This document shows, piece by piece, positions 13,201 through 22,791 of a stretch of DNA of 64,000 nucleotides. The DNA is taken from NCBI GenBank assembly GCA_964035545.1, contig OZ037765.1:8628698-8692697 (forward strand), read 5' to 3'. This stretch comes from Bugula neritina (Eukaryota > Animalia > Bryozoa). Each line of letters starts with the position of its first letter. Position 1 is the stretch's first letter. A program made the position numbers and the translations under genes. The notes under the pieces were generated by a model. That model was not told where the DNA came from and did not search any database. It saw only the letters and a list, made by a program, of their open reading frames with translations.

Positions 13201-16200
13201 ACGAGTAAAGAGTGTTGAGAGTGTCAAGAGAAAGAAGTTTGATGCTGCAGTCTAAGGAACAGGTGAGCACTAAGGAGGGTGCCTGTGGATGCACCATTAT
13301 CTGTGTAACAGCTTTAGTGTGCACTCTAAATGTGTTCACCAAACCTCCATTCACAATCCAGCATTTCACTACAAAACATTTCAATAATAATATTGTACCT
13401 TATTCTAGCAGTATAATTATAGTATTGGTTAAATTTGTTTTTTTCTCTGCAATGGCAGAATATTAAAGCTACATGCAAATAGTTCAATAAATTTCTGCTC
13501 ATGAAACATTTATTTATATTTTTGAAATTTCAGCTTTTCGGCTGAAATTCAGCTGTAAAATGTTTTTAAAGTTCTGCAGCTAATAAGTCAATTATAATTA
13601 AGGAAAAAGAGAAAGCTTTAATGACTGTAGTTAAGTATCAGGTTTTCAAAAATTTGTGGTCTCTTATGACTGCCTCTAAGATGATTAATCATAATAAATA
13701 AATAGAAGAGCAAAGTTTAAACAATTTATAGTTAATACATACGAAGTAAAATTGCCAAAAAACCAACTGAGTTAGGAACTGAAAAAAGCACAGATGATTC
13801 CTATCCATTAGGATCATAAAAGAAGCTACAATTGCAACAAATGAATTGACTTTTTATAGTGTTGTTATAGTAAACAATAATTTACTTCTACCTGTAAAGG
13901 TATTATAAAGAATATATCTTTACATACCTGTACAATCATTACTAGAGGTAACTATCATCTGGGCCGATGAAGAATAAAGGCATCCTGTTATGGACATGTC
14001 ATGAGCTCTACAATGACACATTAAAAATAAACATTCAACAAATTATGGATATTTACATGTTTCTGGATAAACAAGGTCCAAGTGAAATTGCGCATTTATT
14101 ACTGGCTACCTTTGTTCAAGGTTGCATAAAACAGTTATTGCATCAATAGTAAGATCTGAAAGTTTTCAATACCTAGTAAGACTAAAGATCTCATCACCAG
14201 TGTTGAGATTGTAAGCATGGAGGTCTGTTTCCGAACAGCAGTAAAGATGTCCAAGATTATCATCCATAGTCACCTTTTTAACCCAGCCACCTCCAACATT
14301 ACCTAGTGTGTACCTGGAAAATAATTCAGTGAATTTAGTACCTGCATAATGTTAAAAAGTTTTAGTAAAAACATTTAGCTGTTTTAACTTGTTGTAGTTT
14401 TAAGACAATCAGAGATGTTATAAACAAGACAAGTTCCGAACATTCAGAAATTTCTTTAACTTTAAAAACTGATAGGCTGAGCATTCAAGAAATGGGATTT
14501 TTACAGGTGAAAAAGTGCCTTTTCTTATCAAAAATCACTCTTTGCTCAAGCTAGCAAAGTCGAAACAAAAGTATTGCCCTGTTCATCTTGAATACACAAT
14601 TTTTTTCAGCAAAGAAATCCAAAGCATTATTATCTAAGTGTGTTCACCATAGTAGTATAGGAAGCATCCTTTATAGAAACAATATTGGTTGCCGTCTTAG
14701 TTGAGTTTGCATATATGTTTTGGATACAATGATCAATTGAACTAGCACAACTAAAATAATAGTTTAATAATTAAAACAAATAATATTGAGGCTCAGAAAA
14801 AAATGTTAATATATGGAAGTTGCAAAACTTATAATTATATGGAAAGAATTTCAAAGCTCACTTGTGCTGTAATTTGTAATTTGACATTGCCTTCACTTCA
14901 GTCCAGCCTTTGTCTTCAACTACTTGTACAAACTGCCATATCTAGACAAACACGTGACATGTGTCAATAAATAATATAAACAGTAAACGATGCTATTATA
15001 GTAATATATGCATTACCAATAAAATCATTTGAAATTATAAGGCATGTGTCATCGAATGCATATTCTGTACTCTAAATGAAACAAGCTGAAGCTGTACAAT
15101 CATGCTGGAAATAACTAAAAAATATTTTGGATGACATTGAAAAATGCACAAAAATAACAAGCAGTAAATATATATGCATTCACAAAACTCATCACGATGC
15201 ATGTTCCATGCTCAGCTCTCAATACATTACACAAACAAAATAAATGAAAAAATCACATATTTCTGCAATACTGGCCAATCAGATAACACATACAGTGCAT
15301 GTAAATCATAGGGATAGTAATTGTGCATTGCAAATTATAGCAATCAGAGTAGGTGCCCAGTATTTTTACACTGAACAACAAATCAATTGTAAAGTTGACA
15401 ATAGCTTAATATAAGACAGTAAACAGTATCTACTGAGCCCCAATTTCATTACAGAAATGATTCTCTAGATAACAGAGCTTCCACAATGCTTATGCATGGA
15501 ATATGAATTTTCCAATAGTTTTTTCAACACATAAGCACATAAATTATACACTATATAGACAACATATAACATTTAAAGCCACTCACAATGAAAGATGCAC
15601 TTATTTTCTATAAATAAATATCAAATGCAGATGCAAGTACAAGTAGAAACTTCTAATGAATGCACTAAATCGGCATGTATTGGTCATAATTTAATTGATA
15701 CAGTGGTATTACAAAGCGCCGCACAATTCAGACTGATGGCAAATAATATGAAATATTGTTTCAAAGAAAGATTTTTTGAAATTGAGTATTATGGTTACAT
15801 AGATTGGTAAAGCATAAGCTAAAGAAGAAAATGATTAAGCAATGCATGATGATAGAAAAGCACCAGATGCATATAAATATAAAGTGTAAAATTGGGTTCT
15901 GGGTAGACAATGAGCTGTATGATTGAAAAAGCAAAGAATGTTTCACAACTAAGAAGAGTAGCTGACCCTCACCTGTAAGCACAGGTAATCTTACCTGACA
16001 AAGCCTACGCTGACTCTGACATATATTTTAACTGGTAAAACTGTAAAACACCCAGCAGCGACTTTAATTAATCATCTTCAGAAGCAATATATACAAGGTT
16101 AGGAATAAACTAAATAATAATTATTTGTTTATAAAAATAATACATCTTTTGCTGCTGCAAATTTCAAACTAATATTAAATTCAAATACAAGATTTATCTT

Positions 16201-17968
16201 CTCCAATTATTACAGTTATCCAAATTATAACACATGTTCTTTTTGAATTTCTAACATAATTATCACATGTGAATAACTTAATCAACCATTGATTTACCAT
16301 TTAATCTAATATCCGTTTATTGTGTTCTATGCCAAAAAAGCAAATACAAAAATGATGCTGAAAAATTATTTTCCTAAAGATAAGAAGCACATATTATGAT
16401 ATCTCAGTATAATAAACTAGCTAACTTCTACAATGAAAAAATTCCATCATAATCAAAAACAGAATGTAATGAATAATGAAGATAAAAAGTTTTCAAGACT
16501 AGTATTAAAATGGACTGCTTAAAAAACTTACTTTAGAACCGCCCACACCACCTGTGATGAGCTCCTCTCTCTTTGGGTTATACAGCAAGAACATGACGTT
16601 ACGTAGGTTGGCTTCTACAGTGTAAGTTTCCTGAAATCTGTGGTTTAGAATCTACAACACAAAATATTTGAACATCTCGTTTCTATTTGATTAAATACAA
16701 TTGAAACAACAAATTTCCATGTGAAACATCATCCAATAATTTAAATTCCTTTTTCTAAAATAACAATAACAGTTTCAATTAATAAACACTTACATAATTT
16801 GCTCTACAAGGTTTGCTTTTGATCACCTGTTGGTCTTTTTAAAGTCATATTAATAAGTCGTTCTTTTAGTTAATTGTTCAAATGAATGCAAAGGAGTAAA
16901 AAACAATAAAGGGTAAACAAGGGCTGTTATGTAACCTAAAGATTTAGCAAAACTAACCATGTGATTATATATATAGAGCTAACATTATAATTGAAAATAA
17001 AACAATGCAAATAAACTAACCTTAAGAGAGAAATCTCTTCCCAAACAGAAGTAGACGTTGTGTTTCTTATCATATACAAGATTGCTATAGAGTCTGTATT
17101 GGTAAGATGGGTAGTTCAACTGCCTGACAACTAAAATAAAAATAAAAATAAAATATACCAGTATAGCAACAGCAAGTAAACTAACTCAGAGTTTAAATAT
17201 GGGAAAGGCAGAAATGTGAAGAGAAACAAGCTTGTATTATACCTGGTGGTCCAGTTTTGGCATCATAGTTCCAACTTGTGACTCCTTTAGCATCCAACAC
17301 TAAGAATTGTCTGTATCTCGGGTTGTGACAGACTAAAATATAATACAAATAACAATACAATTACTTCAACTTTGCATAGTTAATGCTACAATCAAATGCA
17401 AAAAGAAAATTCTCGAGCAGAAAAGAAAGTATTGCAAGTAGCAATGTCAAACAAGAATCAATACATATGTGAATCATTTTAAAATACTACATAAAAACTA
17501 TAAAAATGTCGTATCATAATAATTAATTTATATCACCTTTACACAGTCAATGTTAGAAAAAATTGCAATAACAATATCGAAACAAATATAAATTCAAAAA
17601 ACATATCTAATAACAACACAAAAATATTATGTAGATAGTATAACAATTAACTTACTTCCTAGCAGGGCACCACTCTTAATAGGATGACTATAGCAACCCT
17701 TTGGTATGAATCCATATACCAAGGAAGCATGGGAAACTCCAGCATCTAAGTTGGACTGAGATAGTCTGTCTAATGATGCAACAGAATCATCATCTTGTAC
17801 TAGTTGGTTTTTTGAGACTCCAGAGACAACAGTTGCTTTAATATTGTCAAAGACCAAGTCATCATTATATTCAGAATCACTTTCATTTCCCAAGTTAGAT
17901 GAAATATATCCATCAGCATCATCTGCACTGTCCTCATGTCTAAATGAGTCATTTGTTGCTAATTCCAT
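247..17968 (-). CDS. Large multi-exon WD40-repeat protein (WDR87/WDR97-like): N-terminal beta-propellers, a low-complexity Ser/Lys-rich middle and a helical C-terminal region; 3' end lies beyond the left edge
   Basis: ATG at 17968 (MELATNDS...) follows a tttttcag acceptor. More than 25 GT-AG exons, approx. 17654-17968, 17021-17131, 16532-16651, 13203-13368, 12422-12631, 9028-9188, 2083-3000, 247-1035. WD-type motifs include AHDMSITGCLY..IVTSSND, HTKAVTQIMVH..LVLTCSLDCSIKL, HKDAIRSVDC..LLLSAG and DSVIKIW. The last visible exon ends at a GTTAGT donor (246-241). The subfamily is from recall only. Confidence 0.75.
1178..1248. repeat. (ATATAC)n microsatellite in an intron
   Basis: About 11-12 perfect hexamer copies; explains the spurious IYIY/CICI ORFs. 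Confidence 0.95.
9970..10053 (+). mobile_element. tRNA-derived SINE head or tRNA pseudogene (copy 1)
   Basis: A box TGGTGTAATTGG and B box GGTTCGAATCC with imperfect stems. The tail GGGGCAATTATTTTACA is shared with a diverged inverted copy at 55331-55412. Confidence 0.75.
12151..12399. mobile_element. Mutator-like MITE (~250 bp) in an intron
   Basis: TIR core GACTGGTCAATAT...ATATTGACCAGTC and subterminal inverted GGTCCATTGG/CCAATGGACC. Flanked by 9-bp near-duplication GATTAGCAT (12142-12150) / GATTAGCAC (12400-12408). Confidence 0.7.
12915..13200. repeat. 23-bp minisatellite (TACACAGAGTAGAGTATGTACAA, ~12 copies) in an intron
   Basis: Head-to-tail near-identical units with no spacers, abutting a splice donor of the WD gene. 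Confidence 0.95.
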
Positions 17969-20234
17969 GGCACTACTGAAAAACAATCAAATAATGTGCC
18001 TTGAACAATGCCTAAGTAACTATAAAGATTCATTTTTTCAAGTTCACAAAAAAATATTGACATAACAAGGTTTCTCAATCTATATAAGAGTTGTGTTTAG
18101 TTGATAACATGACTTGTTGACAAAGATCTCCACATGCTAGTTACAAAAGAGGTTTGTCAACAAAAAATTCACCCAAAAACTGAATACATTTTGTTCATTT
18201 TACTACACAATATAGATTTGGAAAAAAATAATAAAACAAAAGATTAGATCTAAAACAATGTGTTACAATAAATTTTAGTGTTTCCATAACAAAGATTCCT
18301 GATTCAAACCATATAGCCTATTTTTTACTAGTTCTGTTGCATGATCACAAAGTCAGATAAATAAATGAGTCATTAGCCAGCAGCTGCTGTAATATGAAGA
18401 TATATTTGTTGTAATCACTATAAAGATATATCGTATGCATCATTAAAATAAAAACCCGGATGCTAAAATCAACATATTTGCTGAAAGCTTGTGCTAGATC
18501 AGTAATTTATTTTTTTGAAACTCTGCAAAAAAATTGTGACAAGTTAGTCAATATATAGCAGTGCTTCAGTAGTAGTTTGTATTATTTAAAGCCTAAGCTA
18601 AAATTATCATCAAGCTTATATGGACATGATGATAATAAATTAAGATGATTAAGCTATTCTACAAATACAATATCAAAACAGCACATCCAGAATAAAAATA
18701 AGACTTGAAGCAAAAATGACAATTATTAAGCGGCTAGCTATTCTATTGCAGCTTAAAAGTTATATTCAATCTTGATATAAAAATGTACAATTGGGTTACC
18801 ATATCGTTAGTAACATTTCCAGTTTAATTGATAGTTGAGTCTGAAATGTGCAGACTAAAGTACTTGTAGCTTGCTGAAACTGCTAAAGTGGCTTTTTAAA
18901 TGATTGACTTGATATTTAAATTATCACTATATTAAAAATATAAGCTCCAAGCTACTGCCAACAAACAATAAATGTTCAGCATTTAATATTGTAGTTATCA
19001 CATGCTTATGCATAGCTTAAAATAATCTGAGCAGCAAATAGAATACTAAAAAATGTAGCACAGAGCCAACTTGAATGATAATCATTATGATTATTTTAAC
19101 TCTAAGAAAAGTTTATATACTAAAATAGATCAGATCAGTCGCAAAATTTATTAGCATTATGATAATAATTTCAGGTATAACTCTTTGAATCATAAATGTA
19201 AAATTCAACTTTTTCAAGTATTCATATATCACAGCATTCGATTGCATTTATTGGTTGAACATTTTACTTTGGTAGGTTGAACTTGAAGAATGGAGCTATT
19301 TTAAAGTATAACTATAAGTGTAATTATATCATTATCTGCCCTGCTACTAAGTATAAAACAATAAGCTTAAATAAATAATGACCACTGTCATTTACTTCAT
19401 ATTTTAGTTTTTAAAGTTACTTGTACTACTATTATTTTTAGTTTTAGTTTCAGAATCATGATGATGAATATAACTATAAGTTTAAAATAGTTAAAATTAA
19501 ATACTTTTCAATACTAATAGTAATAGTAATAAGCAATTTAGAATGCTTTATATCTGTATTGTAACTATTAAAAAAAGCTAGTTTACAAATACAGTACTTG
19601 AATTGACACTTGCACTGCACATAAGTTGTGTCGACAGAAAATTACATCGATACATTCAGTGACTTTAAATAAAAGATTCGTACTGATACTCGAAAGTCTG
19701 CGGCCATACATCATGGTTGTGGTCGTCAATGAAATTAACTGATGATGCACGGCAATACCAGCACTACCAATAGCTAATTGAAAAGTATAAAATATAAGCA
19801 TCACGACTATTATTTTACAGTAATATAAAATGCAGTTAAATTAAAAAACAAAACTATTTATTAATAAAGCAGAGAATAGATTCAAAATGATAATTCTGTA
19901 AAATATGATTAATACGATAAATTGTTGAGGAACTGTTCTTTGAGACTAGGAACAAGAAAACAATACTGGCGCGTACTTTTCAATCCTATTTGTTGTGGTG
20001 CGCTGCATCATGGTGATTCCCTCATAACTTTATAACTTTATGTTTTAAGTTATTGTATCAATATAATTCTTCTCTTTTCTTTAAAACCACACATGGTTGC
20101 AACCTTCAGGCTCATGGCAATAGTTACAAATAAAATACTTAATATTTTTCGACTAACTCAACAATACTTATACTATTAGTATTACTATTGCAGTAATACT
20201 AATAGTAATAGTAATAATAGTAATACTATTAGTA

Positions 20235-20365
20235 ATAGTAATACTATATTACTGATAGCAATACTAATAGTAAGACTAATACTAATACTAATAGTAATAG
20301 TATTACTATTAGTATTAGTATTAGTCTTACTATTAGTATTGCTATCAGTAATATAGTATTACTAT
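20235..20365. repeat. Perfect inverted repeat: 65-bp arms, 1-nt spacer (G20300)
   Basis: 20235-20299 is the exact reverse complement of 20301-20365, checked base by base. Confidence 0.9.
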
Positions 20366-21073
20366 AACTATTACTATTACACTTAGTCTTAGTCTTACAG
20401 TAATTATGAAGATAGTCATACTCATACTCGTAGTCATACTCATAGTGATACTGATACTCTTAGTCTCGCACTGATGGTCTTACTCTTAGTGATAGTGACA
20501 ATCAGTATCACTAGCAGTATCACTATCAGTATTAGTATGAGTATTAGTATTAGTAACTTGTAACGTTAGCCTTTATGCAGATGATACCCTCTTATATCAG
20601 GAAGTCAACTGCTACGAGGAATCGGTGGAATTTCAAAAAAACATTGATGCTGTACAAGCATGGTCGCAGAAATGGAAAATGCCATTTAACGCATCTAAAT
20701 GCCATGCAATAGCATTCAACAAAAGAAGCCAAACACCCGCGTATAAACTAGGTGATGCTGACATACCTTGGACAGACAAGACTCGCTATCTTGGTATCAC
20801 GCTCCAGCAAGATCTAAAGTTTGACCAACACATCGCTCAAAAAACCAGCAAAGCAACCAAAATTCTTGGGGCTATAAAATACACACTACACTCTGCACCT
20901 ACCAAAAGCCGATTATTGGCATACACTAGCCTGTGTCGACCGATACTGGAGTATGGGGACACTCTATGGGATCCCACCAGTAAACAGACCATTGAATTCA
21001 TAGAAAGTGTTCAACGGAAAGCTGTCCGCTTCATAAGTACTGTTAACCCTTACGCGATCAATGGACCATATAT

Positions 21074-21425
21074 TGTAGTAATTTGTGCAATTACTGAGCG
21101 TGAGTTATTTACTTGCGTATAGTTAGCTGGTTATTCTGTTATCGATTACTAGGGTAGCTGTCGAGTAATTATATTTATTATCCACAATAAAGCATAAACC
21201 AAACATCACATCAAATTATCCTATACAAGAGTCAACTACTAACACATGTTACTACTACAAGCCTCCGCTTACAACAACGTGATATAATGTTAATAACCCG
21301 GGAAGTGTCACGTGACTCGGAAGCATATCTTCCGGAGCTGCTAATTGGTTGCTACATAAGAGTCTAAGTATTCCAAGAATAGGGAGAGGGCGATTCCTGT
21401 ATTTGTACTTGCACTACTCACTACA
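21074..21425 (-). repeat. 3' LTR of element 1
   Basis: Identical by eye to 25985-26336; TG...CA ends; minus-strand AATAAA near 21175. Confidence 0.95.
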
Positions 21426-21440
21426 CCGTCCCCCCCAGCA
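21426..21440 (-). other. Polypurine tract of element 1
   Basis: Minus strand reads TGCTGGGGGGGACGG directly before the 3' LTR; the flanking CCAGCAGAAAGCCCT is shared with element 2. Confidence 0.85.
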
Positions 21441-21715
21441 GAAAGCCCTACTTTCTGATAACACAATAAAAAAACATAATGAAAAACCATACAATAATCC
21501 AAAAAGGAAATATTCATAAGTAAACCCACAAAGAGTAAGAAAAGAAATAGTTAAACACGACAACGTTTACATTAGAAGACAACAGGGTGATCGATCACAC
21601 ACATCTAGTCAGCTATTAAGAGAGAGGGTGCTTACCAGCACGCGGGCCAATGTCGGAGCGCTCGTCACATCCTAAACGAGCTATAGCTCAACGAAGGTGC
21701 CTACCCCAGGCATTC

Positions 21716-22768
21716 TCATTGGTTGGACTCTGCTTCTTGTAGCGACCGTGCTCTGTGTCGAGCCTGTCGGGCCCGTAGCCGCCTCTTCAGTCGTCCCACT
21801 GAGTCTTTCAACTGGTATAGACCTGTCGTCGTATCCAGCAAGTCAGGGGCAAGTTGTGTGAACTCGGCTTGCAGTCTTAGAAGCCGCTCTTCTACGTTAG
21901 CCAGCTGGCTAGGCCTTGGTGGGGTTATAGGGGTCTCCGTTATACGGGATATGGTTGTTTCTTCTACTTCTGGGGTGTTGCTGGGGTTGACGGGGGTAGG
22001 AGGTGGGCCCTGAACCATAGGGGACTTATGGCGGGCAGATAGTAACAGTACGTGAAACCCTGACGTTAGTGCGGCCAGGGTAATAGCCTTCCTGATGACT
22101 GGCTTGATGGCATCCAGGTATAGGGGGAAACTGTCTTCATCAACAGTGTGGTTCTCTCCGGCGAAGCAGCTTAGCTTATGTACTGTCACGGGATACGGGT
22201 AGACGTCGTGGAACCCGCAGGGACAGAAGTGGAGTAGGAAATGGGCATCTACATGTAACCGCAAGGAGCGGTGCGACGGACACTCCTCAAAGCAGACCTG
22301 GCAGGTTCGGTGTGGTCCACTGGGTCCCCAGGCTTCTTCAATTCTCCTCTCTGTCGTGGGTGACACCCAACGGTGTCGTCGGCGGAGTACTACTGGTATG
22401 CCATTCTCCATTACAGGCTCTTCTTCCATAGACAGAGAGGTTGGCTGGTCCCGTGACCGGGAGGTGGTCACTCGAGTGTGATCTGAAAGAGTAGCAGTGT
22501 TAAAGATTATACACTGAGACACCGTCGGCGTGTACAGCCTGACCGGTACTCTGTTCAGTTACACTCGTGAGATTCAGGCTAATGAATAGTTGATGGAGAA
22601 CACACTCGCTATGACAGATTATTTAAAATCAAAGTCGACGTGTATTCCCACCACTGTTTATCATTATCGAATCTCCAGCTAGCTAGTGTAGCTAAGCTGA
22701 CTGATGCAGTCTAGTTATCGTACCAAAAACATAATTAACTCACCCTTCGATCCAGAATAGTAAGACAT
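21716..22768 (-). CDS. Accessory zinc-finger/coiled-coil protein of element 1; predicted exons 22768-22744 and 22482-21716 (263 aa)
   Basis: C-x2-C-x12-H-x3-H (CQVC..H VDA H), C-x-C-x12-H-x3-C, a Pro-rich linker, heptad repeat and basic tail. AAAATG start, G|GTGAGT donor, TCTTTCAG acceptor, phases compatible. The ORF is seen directly; splicing is inferred. Confidence 0.8.
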
Positions 22769-22791
22769 TTTGGAATGAGAGTGGTAACTGA

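Noticed and set aside
21716-22522. env gene (third ORF in the env position)
   Set aside because: No signal peptide, fusion-peptide layout or C-terminal transmembrane helix; zinc-finger motifs indicate a soluble intracellular protein.
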